From a bacterium (GTDB lineage: Bacteria > RBG-13-61-14 > DATKZS01): a DNA stretch of 64,000 nt. The position numbers and the translations under genes were made by a program. Location: contig CAXXFL010000007.1 of assembly GCA_963674965.2 (NCBI GenBank), forward strand, positions 288,001-352,000, in the 5' to 3' direction. Below the pieces are notes generated by a model, which saw only the letters and a list, made by a program, of their open reading frames with translations, did not search any database and had not been told where the DNA came from. This document shows, one piece after another, positions 48,551 through 58,414 of the stretch (the stretch's first letter is position 1; the number at the start of each line of letters is the position of its first letter).

Positions 48551-50230
48551 TCAATCGTCGCCCGGACCCGCGGCCAGCGTGGTCCAGCGCTTGCCGAAAT
48601 ATTTCCCCCGGCTCACTATGCCGAGAAACTGCCAGCGGCCCGGCCGGGGCGGACGGTACTCGCCGCGCCAGGTCAGGGGCTCGTCCTCGACTTTTTCCAG
48701 GTCCACCTTGTCCTCGAAGCCCTGCTCGAAATAGCAGCGGACCAGTACCTTGGTTTTTCTGAGACCGGACCCGGCCATGAAGGCGTAATCCTGGCCGAGC
48801 CTAACCTCGAGAGTGACCGTGTCTCCATCTCCCGCCTCGGCGGTCAAGTCGAAGGGTATGACCTCGGGCGGAGGGGGAAGGTCCGCCGAGCCTTCCGCCA
48901 TCTCGCGGATCAGGCTCGCGACCGCCTCGGCCACGGCCTGGAGGTTGTCGGGCGGGACCCACTCGATTTGGTCGTACTCGGTGTGATAAAACCTGCTGGG
49001 CGTGTAAATGAAGACGCCGGGCACGCCCCAGGAATAAAACCACTCCATGTCCGTGCTGATGCCGCCCATGACTTTTTTTATGGTATGCACGGAAACGTGA
49101 ACGTCCCGGCCGGGCACGGGAAGAATATGCTTCTTCGAGGTTTTTTTCATGCCCTTGCTGACCGTGATTATCCGGGGCATTACGCCGGCTTTGGACGGGT
49201 CGTCGTGAAAGTAGTTGTTGAGTGAGCTTACCATGTCGAGTTCGACCATGGCGCTTATTTTATCGAGGTCGAACTCCTGGGCGAAGGCCGCGCTGCCGAT
49301 CAAACCGATTTCCTCGGAGTCGGCCAACAGAAAAATAACGCCCGCGTCGTCGTCCTTCATAATCCGGGCGGTTTCGAGAAGCGCGGCCGATCCGCTGCCG
49401 TCGTCCAGGGCGCCCGTGAACCAGCAGTCCAGGTGGGCCGTTACCAGCGCGTACCTATCGTAACCGGGCTTCATGGCCACCACGGTCCTGCCCGTTCCCC
49501 GCGTTATGCGGCCGTCGTGAGATATCTCAATCTCCTCGCCGATCAGGTCCTTCGCGTTTTCCACCACCATGCCGGGAAGAGGGGAATAGTACCAGGAGGT
49601 GGAATGGGCGCGCGACGAGTGGCGCATGCCTTTGCCGCCTATGGGCGACATGTCCGCCTCGCGGACGATCCCCAGCGCCCCGGCCTTTTTCCACTTGTCG
49701 TAGCTCTTGGTCAGGGAAGGACCGAACATGCCCGGGTGAACGTAAACGAAACAGCCCGTCAGTATCGGCCTGGGTCTCACGACCTTGCCACGGAGTGTCC
49801 CCTGGACGGGCTGGCTGTAGTGGATGGGATAAGCCTTGTATTCCTTGCCGTCCTTGATCCTCGTTACGCGGGCGTTGTCAAGATCGAATGAGTAGTAGGG
49901 AAAAGGATAGGTGACCACGCTGACCTCGTAGCCCAGGGACTCGAGCGTCCGCTCGGCGAAGGACGCGGCGCACCGATAGCCTTGCGTGCCCGATCTTCTG
50001 GTACCCATCCCGACCAGCGCCTCGAGGTAGGCGTAGGCCCCGCCTTCCTCCACCAACTCGAAATGGCAGCGGTCGTCGCCGTATGAAACGAAATCGTTCT
50101 CGCCCCCGGGCAATATTCGAGCCGACGGTGTCTGGTCCTTTATCTGGTAGCCGTTTTTTTTATGGGCGCAGCTCGCGGCGCATAAAATCACCGCGGCGGC
50201 CAGGACAAATAACGATCGTTTTTTCATCAT
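48551..50230 (-). CDS. M28-family metallopeptidase, lipoprotein
   Basis: Lipobox AASC, AHLD, GALDDGSG, SEEIGLIGS, ELDM, YHTEYD. Confidence 0.9.
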   Translation of the reverse strand: MMKKRSLFVLAAAVILCAASCAHKKNGYQIKDQTPSARILPGGENDFVSYGDDRCHFELVEEGGAYAYLEALVGMGTRRSGTQGYRCAASFAERTLESLGYEVSVVTYPFPYYSFDLDNARVTRIKDGKEYKAYPIHYSQPVQGTLRGKVVRPRPILTGCFVYVHPGMFGPSLTKSYDKWKKAGALGIVREADMSPIGGKGMRHSSRAHSTSWYYSPLPGMVVENAKDLIGEEIEISHDGRITRGTGRTVVAMKPGYDRYALVTAHLDCWFTGALDDGSGSAALLETARIMKDDDAGVIFLLADSEEIGLIGSAAFAQEFDLDKISAMVELDMVSSLNNYFHDDPSKAGVMPRIITVSKGMKKTSKKHILPVPGRDVHVSVHTIKKVMGGISTDMEWFYSWGVPGVFIYTPSRFYHTEYDQIEWVPPDNLQAVAEAVASLIREMAEGSADLPPPPEVIPFDLTAEAGDGDTVTLEVRLGQDYAFMAGSGLRKTKVLVRCYFEQGFEDKVDLEKVEDEPLTWRGEYRPPRPGRWQFLGIVSRGKYFGKRWTTLAAGPGDD

Positions 50231-50385
50231 TCTTCCCTTTGCGTTCGCGTGGTTACCAATCTAACTCCACTGAAGAAGAATCGCAAGGCAAAGAGGATAA
50301 CAAACCGCGGGGCGTCCTATGAAAGGAAATGAGATTAGCCGGATCGAATCGAATTTTTCCGGGATTGCCGGCCGGGCGATTTCAA

Positions 50386-50414
50386 TTGAACGAGGACTTG
50401 TTTGGTGGTAGCCT
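50386..50414 (+). promoter_or_regulatory. Putative sigma-70 promoter upstream of 50547
   Basis: TTGAAC-N17-TAGCCT with an extended -10 TG. Confidence 0.4.
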
Positions 50415-50546
50415 TTTTACGTGGGAGCATGACCTCAAGTTTTTGCTTTGTCGGGCCATACCGGCCAAGCGGGACATATTTTTTACTTGCCGCAACGCCC
50501 CGTGAAACAACGACGCTCACGGGCTGCGCGTGGAGGAAAACGGTAA

Positions 50547-50780
50547 ATGGACCCCAAAGAAGAATCTAAGGTAATAAACAAGACCAAGGAATACCTCCTT
50601 CAAATCGCGCTCGAGCTGGAGGCCGCCGCGGCCGGCGCCAGGGGGGCCGCGGAAGCCATTCCCGACCGTGAAAAAGGCATGCGCCACGTCCAGCAGCTAT
50701 ACTCCCGCTTAAAGGAGGCGACCTACCTTCTCGACAGGTTCAAAAGCACCATTGACGAGGCCATTGCCAAGAATCGATAG
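50547..50780 (+). CDS. Small helical hypothetical protein (77 aa)
   Basis: GGAGG RBS, host-like codon usage, T-run downstream. Confidence 0.75.
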   Translation: MDPKEESKVINKTKEYLLQIALELEAAAAGARGAAEAIPDREKGMRHVQQLYSRLKEATYLLDRFKSTIDEAIAKNR

Positions 50781-50879
50781 CGCTCCGTTACGCGCTTTAT
50801 TATTATCCGCCGCGGGACGGTCCGGCCTTTTTTTTTGAAGAGGTGCAACCGGGAGAAAATCCATATAACCTCTATACGA

Positions 50880-52055
50880 ATGAACGCTCTGGATTTTATA
50901 ACCTTGACGCGCATGATCTATGGCCGCAAGCCGCTGGATATAGGCCGCATCCAATCCATGGGCCTTTTGGCCGTCAAGATCGGGCAGGTGCACGCCCTGA
51001 GACTAGATTTCCTCCCGGTCGAGAAATGCCGGGCGCTTTCGGGTCTTTACCGGGACAACTACGACGTTCCACCCGAGAGGGTGCTGGACAAGGTCGATCT
51101 ATCCTTGTTCGACTCGGTGGAGAAGATACCCATCGCCTCGGCCTCGGTGGGTCAAGTTCACGCGGGAAAGCTGGACGGAAAAAAAGTCGCGATCAAGATC
51201 ATAAAAAGCGATTTCAAAAAGTCCTTTGTCAGGGACGTCAAGTCGGTAAGGCGCCTTGTCAAGTTGGCGGTCTTTTTCTATCCCAAGCTTAAAAGCGTTT
51301 TCGACCCCCTCGGCGTGCTGGAACATATCGAGGAGTACACGCTGAAGGAAATTGACCTCCTCGAGGAGATAAGGGGGCAGGAGACCCTGCGGCGCATAGC
51401 CCGTGACCACGCCGACAAATTCGATCTCGAGTCCCTTGCCTTCCCCGAGATTTACGGGGACCTTTCCACCAGCGACGTGATGGTATCGGAATTCGTGGAG
51501 GGCAAAAGCTTCGACGAGCTTCTGGATCAGGGCGACCTGCCCTATGAAGTACTCCTCGAGCTTTTCCGGGTCCACGGTTTCTTCCTCTTCAAGGTCGGCA
51601 CGTTCCACGGGGACATACATCCCGGCAACGTGATACTCGGGGGCGATAAAATCTACTTCGTCGATACCGGCGCCATCAGCCGCGCCAGTCAGAGGCTCTC
51701 CGGAGGTCTTCTGGATTTTTTCGACGCCCTCGGCGTATACGACTACAAGGAATGCGCCAGGCGCCTGAACCTCATGGCCGAGGTCCGCGTGGAAGGCGAG
51801 CGATACGACCGATTCGAGAAGGACTTCATCGAGCTTTATAGGGACTTCACGGGCAGCGCGGTGGGCGAGGTCAGCCTGACCATGAAGATGATGGAGACCA
51901 TCAAGCTTGGCGTTATGAGCGGCATGCGTTTCGAGAAGGGCATGTTTCCCATCATAAAAAGCCTCATGTACCTTGACGGCATGGTCCTGCGATGCAACCC
52001 CCGGGCCCGGCTTATCGAGGACATGAGAAAATATATTGACGAGCTCAGACGATAA
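50880..52055 (+). CDS. ABC1/AarF/UbiB-family atypical kinase
   Basis: VKIGQ (KxGQ), IASASVGQVH, VAIK, FHGDIHPGN, VDTG. Confidence 0.92.
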   Translation: MNALDFITLTRMIYGRKPLDIGRIQSMGLLAVKIGQVHALRLDFLPVEKCRALSGLYRDNYDVPPERVLDKVDLSLFDSVEKIPIASASVGQVHAGKLDGKKVAIKIIKSDFKKSFVRDVKSVRRLVKLAVFFYPKLKSVFDPLGVLEHIEEYTLKEIDLLEEIRGQETLRRIARDHADKFDLESLAFPEIYGDLSTSDVMVSEFVEGKSFDELLDQGDLPYEVLLELFRVHGFFLFKVGTFHGDIHPGNVILGGDKIYFVDTGAISRASQRLSGGLLDFFDALGVYDYKECARRLNLMAEVRVEGERYDRFEKDFIELYRDFTGSAVGEVSLTMKMMETIKLGVMSGMRFEKGMFPIIKSLMYLDGMVLRCNPRARLIEDMRKYIDELRR

Positions 52056-52099
52056 GGGCTACACTATTCGTTGGCTAATAAAAAAAGGAGCGAAGGACA

Positions 52100-53605
52100 A
52101 TGCCTAAGAAAATCATCATCGTGGGAGCCGGCCCCGGCGGCTTGACGGCGGGCATGCTTTTGTCTCATCGCGGCTTCGAGGTGGAGATACTCGAGAAGGA
52201 GCCCAAAGTAGGCGGCCGCAACGCCTCGATCGAGGCCGAGGGCTACAAGTTCGACGTGGGTCCCACTTTTCTGATGATGCGCTTCATTCTCGACGAGGTC
52301 TTCGAGGAATCGGGCGGCAAAAGTACCGACTATCTTAAATTTACACGCCTGGACCCCATGTATCGGCTTTATTTCAAGGACGAACGGGTTGACGTGAGCG
52401 ACGACCACGCCAGTATGAAGGAGGCCATTAAAAAGGTTTTCCCTGGAAACGAGGCCGGATACGAGCGTTTCCTTGCCAGGGAGAAGACGCGCTACGAGCG
52501 CATGTACCCTTGTCTCCAGAAGTCTTACGACGAGTTCAAGACCTTTTTCCACTCCGATTTTTTAAAGGCGCTTCCTCATCTGTCGCTCGGCAGGTCAATG
52601 TTCTCGGAGTTGGGCAATTATTATCGAAACTCGGACCTCAAGATCAGCTTTACCTTCCAGTCCAAGTACCTTGGGATGTCGCCCTGGGAATGTCCGGCCG
52701 CTTTCCTTATCATTCCATATATCGAGCACGCCTTCGGCGTATACCACGTGGAGGGCGGCCTGAGCGAGATATCCGCGGCCATGGCCAAAGTTATCGAGGA
52801 AAAAGGAGGCAAAATTCGACTCGATACGCCCGTAAAGAAAATCATGGTGCAAAACGGCCGGGCTAAGGGGGTGGAACTCGCCTCGGGCGACCGCCTCGAG
52901 TCCGACCTGGTGATCGTGAACGCCGACTTCGCCTACGCCATGACCGAGTTGGTCGAGCAGGGCGCGCTGAAAAAATACTCGAGGAAAAACCTCCTTAAAA
53001 AAACCTTCTCCTGCTCGACCTACATGCTTTACCTGGGCGTGAATAAAAAATTCGACGTCCCGCACCACAACGTGGTTTTCTCCCGGGATTACGGCGGCTA
53101 CATCAACGCCGTGGCCGGGTACAAGTACACGGGAGATGATTTGTCCGTGTATATCAGGAACGCCTCCATAACCGACCCCACCCTGGCGCCGGAGGGAAAG
53201 TCGAACGTCTACCTGCTCGTGCCCGTGGCCAACAACAAGTCCGGCGTTGCCTGGAAGGAAAAAGAGGAAATCCGCGACAGGGTGCTCGAGATCATCGCTC
53301 AGCGCACCGAAATGGGAGACATATCTTCCCATATCGAGTTCGAAAGGCACATTACGCCCAACGACTGGGAGTCGAAATACAACGTGTTTCTTGGGGCCAC
53401 CTTCAACCTGGGCCACAACCTCACCCAGATGCTCTACTTCAGGCCGCACAACAAGTTCGAGGAACTGGAGAACTGCTACCTGGTGGGAGGCGGGACCCAT
53501 CCGGGGTCCGGATTGCCCACCATATACGAGTCGGGAAGGATCACCGCCAACCTCATTTCCAAAAGGTTCCAAGTGCCCTTTGAGTCCAAAAATATTCAGG
53601 CGTAA
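52100..53605 (+). CDS. crtI: Phytoene desaturase family protein (CrtI/CrtN-like)
   Basis: IVGAGPGGL, FDVGPTFLMM, TFQSKYLGMSP, YLVGGGTHPGSGLPTIYES. Confidence 0.85.
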   Translation: MPKKIIIVGAGPGGLTAGMLLSHRGFEVEILEKEPKVGGRNASIEAEGYKFDVGPTFLMMRFILDEVFEESGGKSTDYLKFTRLDPMYRLYFKDERVDVSDDHASMKEAIKKVFPGNEAGYERFLAREKTRYERMYPCLQKSYDEFKTFFHSDFLKALPHLSLGRSMFSELGNYYRNSDLKISFTFQSKYLGMSPWECPAAFLIIPYIEHAFGVYHVEGGLSEISAAMAKVIEEKGGKIRLDTPVKKIMVQNGRAKGVELASGDRLESDLVIVNADFAYAMTELVEQGALKKYSRKNLLKKTFSCSTYMLYLGVNKKFDVPHHNVVFSRDYGGYINAVAGYKYTGDDLSVYIRNASITDPTLAPEGKSNVYLLVPVANNKSGVAWKEKEEIRDRVLEIIAQRTEMGDISSHIEFERHITPNDWESKYNVFLGATFNLGHNLTQMLYFRPHNKFEELENCYLVGGGTHPGSGLPTIYESGRITANLISKRFQVPFESKNIQA

Positions 53606-53642
53606 CCGATTGGCCCACTTGTGAGGCGTCTTGTTTTTGGGG

Positions 53643-54293
53643 TTAAGCTTTCAGTCCCAGGGTCGAGATTATTAAGTCGGTAAGAAAAACCTTCCATCCC
53701 TCTTGGTCGGAAAGGCTTTCATGGGCCCTCGTTCCCCTGGGGGCCGCCAGGTCCATGCAGGAGGTCATGGTGGTAAGGGAAAGAATAAGCATGATCATGG
53801 TTATCACGCTCTTCTCAGGATCGACGTTTTTTACGACGCCCTTCTTGGCCAGGTCCCTTAACAAGCCCGTGATCTTGTCAAAAAACTCGAAGAGGTCCGG
53901 ACGCCTTTTTCTCAATTCCCTTAGGGCCTCTCCCCCCGTGACTATGTCGTCGAGCATGATCCGGGCGTATTCGTCCCGCCTTTGAAAGGCGTCGAAATAG
54001 TCGTTCATCATGACGATCAAGTTTGACGGAGTGAGATTGGATGGATCTAGTTTGGACTCGATCTCCCTGGTCTTCTCGTCGAAGAGGCTCTCGAGCACGG
54101 CCAGACGAAGTTCCTCCTTGCCCCCGAAGGCGTAGTAGATCATGGCCTTGTTGACCCCAGCCCGCTTCGCTATCGAGTCGACCCTCGAGCCCGCGAGGCC
54201 CTTGTCCGCGAACTCATGGGCGGCCGCGTCCAGTATTTTGCGCCGGGTCTCGGCCAGGTCGCGCTTGTTTTCCTTTTTCCGGGGTTTATTCAT
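53643..54293 (-). CDS. TetR/AcrR-family transcriptional regulator
   Basis: ILDAAAHEFADKGLAGSRVDSIAKRAGVNKAMIYYAFGGKEEL; GAGGAGG RBS. Confidence 0.95.
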   Translation of the reverse strand: MNKPRKKENKRDLAETRRKILDAAAHEFADKGLAGSRVDSIAKRAGVNKAMIYYAFGGKEELRLAVLESLFDEKTREIESKLDPSNLTPSNLIVMMNDYFDAFQRRDEYARIMLDDIVTGGEALRELRKRRPDLFEFFDKITGLLRDLAKKGVVKNVDPEKSVITMIMLILSLTTMTSCMDLAAPRGTRAHESLSDQEGWKVFLTDLIISTLGLKA

Positions 54294-54300
54294 TTCCTCC

Positions 54301-54689
54301 TCATTCGTAGCAATAGGAATAGGGTCCGGCCTTGCCGAACAAAACGGGGTAAGCCTCGGCCAGGACCTTAAGCTCGAGGGCCAGGGCGGCCGAGTCCAGC
54401 CCGGTTTCCACCGCGTGCTGAACAATCTCCAACGCCGCGAGACAGGCCGGGGTGAGCCGGGAAGGAAAGGTGACCTCCCGGCCGCCTATAAACAGATAAT
54501 GGCCCGATCGATCCACTCCTCCCTCGATTCCCTCTCCCAGCAAGTCGGCTAGGCGCGAGATATCCTCCGCCGCCAGCAAAGTGATCCGGTCCAGGATGAA
54601 GTCCGAGCCGGCGATCAGGGGAAGACGCGTCGCCTGACTTCGGATACTTTTTCTAAAACGTAACTCCCTGATCTTCAGCTTTATACGGT
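54301..54689 (-). pseudogene. Probable C-terminal portion of the DUF362 gene, out of frame by 1 nt
   Basis: Open frame DRIKLKIRELRFRK...PYSYCYE with no ATG or RBS, overlapping the DUF362 stop and ending 7 nt before the tetR ATG. Confidence 0.6.
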
Positions 54690-56267
54690 CAGGTCCAGCG
54701 CTAGGTTGGCCGGCGCGGTAAAGGCGAAAGTCAGCCTTTTAATAAGGCTCAAGTTGGAAGGTTTATGGGGAAAGCAGTCGTCGTGTCCTCCCGTGGAGAT
54801 GGCCCCGGCCCAGTCCATGACGTTGGCGTTCCCTTCCAGAATCCAGGAGAAAAGAGCCAGGTAACTCGGGGAATTCCGCCATGGAGAGAACGGAGAAGAT
54901 TCGCCGGCCACCTTGTAGTCCTCGAGCGGCTGAAGTTTTTCCAGGCATTTCAACATGACCCCTTTTCGCGCGTCGATTTTCAGGAGCGAGGCCCCGAAGT
55001 GATCGACGGCCATAAGGTCGGCGCCTCCAAAGATGGTATGGGGCTTTCGGGCGATGGCCTGGATTTTAACCCCCATCCATCCGTCGGCCGAGGAGTAGGC
55101 GTCCACGATGGAAAAATGCACGGGGAATGTATGGATCAGGAGGGCCGTCCAGGGCCCGACCTTGCGCCGGCAGTGATAATGGATCACCTTGTCCTGCTCG
55201 GGCAGGCAGCCGTACACGTTCTTGATGGCCGAGGTGTAAAGCGAGTAGAAGTGCGACTTCTGCTTGGCGAAGTTGATCCGGAAGTCGGCCTCCACCCAGG
55301 CCCGGCCCAGCTCGACCACGCCGTCCGTGCCGCCGAAGTTATAATCTACCCTGTCCTCACCCAGGTCCACTACTCTCGCGCTCGCGTCCGCGCCCCCTCC
55401 CCATACCCGGAACGAGTACTCCCGGCCCGGCCGATAGGAGTTGACCACGCTTTCGTCGAGGTACCCCTCGCGGGCCGCCACCTGCGCCACGGCCCGGTTC
55501 TCGAACCAGTTGCCGTAAAGGTTGCCCGACTCCACCACGGCCAGGTTGGAATAACCTCTTTGGGCCATAAGCCGCAAGAGATGAATGACCAGGAAAGGAT
55601 CGGTGTAAGTCCCCACGTCGGAGCGTCGCAGCATCATCGAGAGACTGGGCTTGACGGCTATCTTAAAGTCGGCCTTTGCCTTGCCGGATTTTTTCCAGGC
55701 TTCGTCGAGGACCTCGAAAAAGCCCGAGGCGGCAAGGACCTTCTCCAGAATGGAATACTTGTCGCCCTCGTGGTCGGTGACGGTGGCAACCACGCTTTCG
55801 GGATTACGCGAAGCGGCGGGTTGCTCCCCCACTTCCTTGTCCTCCTCGGCCCACGAGCGTCCAACCACCAGGAGCAGGGCGGCCGAGGAGGCGACCGGCT
55901 CGGTGATCAGGGTGATAAAGCCGATCAGGGTTATCTCGCCGTCGAAGGTACCGGGAATCAGGACCAGGAGACGGGAGTCGGGGAAAAGGAACCCGCCCAG
56001 GATCATGAGGCCGCCGATGAGCGGACAAAACAGGGCGATGAAATAACCGGCCCTCGCGTTTTTATAAATCAGAAAAGGGGCGATCAAGTACGCGGGAATG
56101 GCGAAAAAGAACACCGCGTAAAACCACGCGGGCATGGAACGTCCGGCCAGGAGCGCCAGGATCACGCCGATCAGATGCATGAGTCCGCCGGTCCCGATGC
56201 CGATGGCCGCGACCGCTCGCGCGTATAGCGGCGGAAGCGACAATAGGCGAGGGTTTATTTCGGACAT
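54681..56267 (-). CDS. DUF362 domain protein with N-terminal 4-TM membrane domain (probably frameshift-truncated)
   Basis: IAVKPS, VVESG, INFAKQKSH, AIKNVYG, IVDA, AVD are DUF362-type motifs; the first ~135 aa are hydrophobic. Confidence 0.8.
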   Translation of the reverse strand: MSEINPRLLSLPPLYARAVAAIGIGTGGLMHLIGVILALLAGRSMPAWFYAVFFFAIPAYLIAPFLIYKNARAGYFIALFCPLIGGLMILGGFLFPDSRLLVLIPGTFDGEITLIGFITLITEPVASSAALLLVVGRSWAEEDKEVGEQPAASRNPESVVATVTDHEGDKYSILEKVLAASGFFEVLDEAWKKSGKAKADFKIAVKPSLSMMLRRSDVGTYTDPFLVIHLLRLMAQRGYSNLAVVESGNLYGNWFENRAVAQVAAREGYLDESVVNSYRPGREYSFRVWGGGADASARVVDLGEDRVDYNFGGTDGVVELGRAWVEADFRINFAKQKSHFYSLYTSAIKNVYGCLPEQDKVIHYHCRRKVGPWTALLIHTFPVHFSIVDAYSSADGWMGVKIQAIARKPHTIFGGADLMAVDHFGASLLKIDARKGVMLKCLEKLQPLEDYKVAGESSPFSPWRNSPSYLALFSWILEGNANVMDWAGAISTGGHDDCFPHKPSNLSLIKRLTFAFTAPANLALDLTV

Positions 56268-57520
56268 GAGACTACCAATGGGTTCGTGATCAAGCGGTCG
56301 TAGCGGTTGAATTCCTCGATCGAGTATTGCTTCATGAAATAATAATAGAAGTCAAGATAGTAAACGTCGGGATCGACGTCCTTCCAGTCGACCATGTTGA
56401 AGCTGATCAGGGGCTCGGACCCGAGTTGGTACTCGGGCTTGGCCTTGAACGTCGAATCGTATATGAAAAGACCCTGCACCTTGGTCTTCAGCCTCGGGTC
56501 GGGAACGAGCCTGATGAAAACGTCGCCGCCGGGCGCGTCAATCCCGCCCCATTCCATGCGGCTTCGGGCCAGCTCGTCGATCTTTTCCCGGGGAGCGTCC
56601 ACGGGCAGGCACTCGGGCGTGACGTTGGTACAGACCCTGGCCGAGCCCGCGTCGGAGATTTGAAGGTCATGGCCGATCTCGACGTTGACGACGAAGCCGA
56701 GCAGGAAGGGGTTGACGTTCAAGTCCATGCCCGCCCGCTGGCGCATGGAGTCCTTGTAAAAGTAATAGTACTGGGCGAGGGGAAGCTTGCCCAGCGGACC
56801 CAGGCTCCAGTAATTATCCAGCTTGACCGTGACTCGAACCGGGCCGTCCGTATAGCCCACGTACTCGTGATGGAAGTCGTCCTCGACGAAGGAGTAGGTA
56901 ATCCCAAGCTTGCCCACCTTGCACCTCACCTTGAGACGGTCAAGGTAGTCGGGGCCGCCGTCCACGCTCATATAATCGTACGAAAAGACGCGGGCCTTTT
57001 GCCAGCCAATGGAGTAACGATCGCTTTTGGCCGTGTAGGTCTTGGGGTCATAGGAGACGTAGTCCTTTTCCGAAAGCGGCGGGGGGGTCTCGCATAGGGC
57101 CACCAGGAAATATCCCTCGGCCCCGGACTCGGGGTCCTTGACGGAGACGACCGCGTTCTTTGGGCACCCCTCCGGCGCCGCGGGCCTGACCGAGCCGGCG
57201 TCGGCGGCCATCATGACCAGTTCGTCGCTCGGGTCGAAATTCCCGTCAAGCTTGTCATGGTCGGCCCCGTTCTCGATGAGGATGACGCCGTTTGCATCCC
57301 TCTCCTCGATCTGGAAAGGGACCGCCAGGGTCCCGGCTCCGTAGTCGGCGAAGGCCCGATAGGAACCCTTTTTCTCGCCCAACAAGTCCCCGGGCAGTAC
57401 CGACCCGCTTACGACGACCGGGTCCTCCCGGCCGGCCAGCGGCCTGGAACCGTCTTCCGTAGAGGCCAATAGCGGCGCAAATAATAAAACCAAAGCGGCA
57501 ATAAGGAAATATTTTTTCAT
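56255..57520 (-). CDS. Exported hypothetical protein, paralog of 62797-64000
   Basis: Signal peptide; VPFQIEE, DELVMMA.D.G, DYLDRLKVR, DGPVRV. Confidence 0.82.
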   Translation of the reverse strand: MKKYFLIAALVLLFAPLLASTEDGSRPLAGREDPVVVSGSVLPGDLLGEKKGSYRAFADYGAGTLAVPFQIEERDANGVILIENGADHDKLDGNFDPSDELVMMAADAGSVRPAAPEGCPKNAVVSVKDPESGAEGYFLVALCETPPPLSEKDYVSYDPKTYTAKSDRYSIGWQKARVFSYDYMSVDGGPDYLDRLKVRCKVGKLGITYSFVEDDFHHEYVGYTDGPVRVTVKLDNYWSLGPLGKLPLAQYYYFYKDSMRQRAGMDLNVNPFLLGFVVNVEIGHDLQISDAGSARVCTNVTPECLPVDAPREKIDELARSRMEWGGIDAPGGDVFIRLVPDPRLKTKVQGLFIYDSTFKAKPEYQLGSEPLISFNMVDWKDVDPDVYYLDFYYYFMKQYSIEEFNRYDRLITNPLVVSCPK

Positions 57521-57542
57521 GACGTTTACTCCGCCTGATTCA

Positions 57543-58373
57543 TCATGTCCGTCCCGTTTCTTCCAGGGTCAGCGCCGCGACGTCCTTATAAAATATCCCG
57601 CCGGGCCTGAGCAGCGCGAGGTAAGCCAGGACCGCGAAGAGGGGAACTCCCCACCACCATCCCAGCCAGTGGACCAGGAGGCTGGCGACGATGGCCGCGC
57701 CCAGGACCTCGATGAATATCATCTTGCACAGATGCTTGATCAGCCCGCCAAGGGTCGCGCTGGCCGCCTTCTCCCGGTCCACGTCGGCCAGCTCGTATCC
57801 CCTCTTGACCCAGTCCGCCAGCCAGAAGAAAAGCAAGGGCAGCATGACCAGGCCCATGGCGTAGAGGGTCCAGGCCACGGGGCTCAAGAAGACCCACCTT
57901 AATACCTCGTAAGTACCGGGCGTCCAGGGAGTGCATTCCCGTCCGCCGCCCCACCAAGAGCACGAGTAGAAAAAGCGCTGGTAGCCCATGCCGTCCCAGC
58001 CGTGGACCAATATAAAGAACATCAGGAAATAACCCAGGGCCCACATGAGATGGGCGGCGTAGAGCTTTCCGGCCCGGATGAACCTGTAGGCAATCCAGAA
58101 CCCCAGAATCCCTTGCGTCAAGTTGGTCAGGGTAAAGGCCCCGACCAACCAGGCTGGAATCGTTTTATACGTACCCGCCTGCATGGTCTCCCATTCAGGA
58201 AATCCCCATAGAAGTATCGCGCCGGAGGGCACGAAAAAGATGGAAAGGTACAAAAGGGTCTTGACGAAAAACGGGCTCTCGAAAGGCTTGTCCTCCTTCT
58301 CCAACTGGCGGGCCGCCGAGGCCGCGAAACCGGCGCCCAGCGCGAAACTCCAAAAAACGTCTACCTGTACCAT
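57543..58373 (-). CDS. Integral membrane protein of unknown function (about 7 TM)
   Basis: GGGAGGG RBS; MVQVDVFWSF, FPEWETM, VHGWDGMGYQRF polar motifs between TM helices. Confidence 0.82.
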   Translation of the reverse strand: MVQVDVFWSFALGAGFAASAARQLEKEDKPFESPFFVKTLLYLSIFFVPSGAILLWGFPEWETMQAGTYKTIPAWLVGAFTLTNLTQGILGFWIAYRFIRAGKLYAAHLMWALGYFLMFFILVHGWDGMGYQRFFYSCSWWGGGRECTPWTPGTYEVLRWVFLSPVAWTLYAMGLVMLPLLFFWLADWVKRGYELADVDREKAASATLGGLIKHLCKMIFIEVLGAAIVASLLVHWLGWWWGVPLFAVLAYLALLRPGGIFYKDVAALTLEETGRT

Positions 58374-58414
58374 GGTTCCCTCCCTTTTCCTGATCTGACA
58401 ATAGGGGGAACGGG

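Noticed and set aside
50357-50476. Possible rod-shaped ncRNA (6S- or SRP-like): 50391-50400 can pair with 50436-50445, with outer GC stems
   Set aside because: Only ~120 nt, relies on many G-U pairs, lacks the SRP core motif and overlaps a plausible promoter. An Rfam/Infernal search would be needed; not supportable by eye.
54660-54700. Programmed frameshift or stop-codon recoding in the DUF362 gene
   Set aside because: The stop is TAA, the continuation is in another frame, and no slippery heptamer is visible; a simple indel is more likely.
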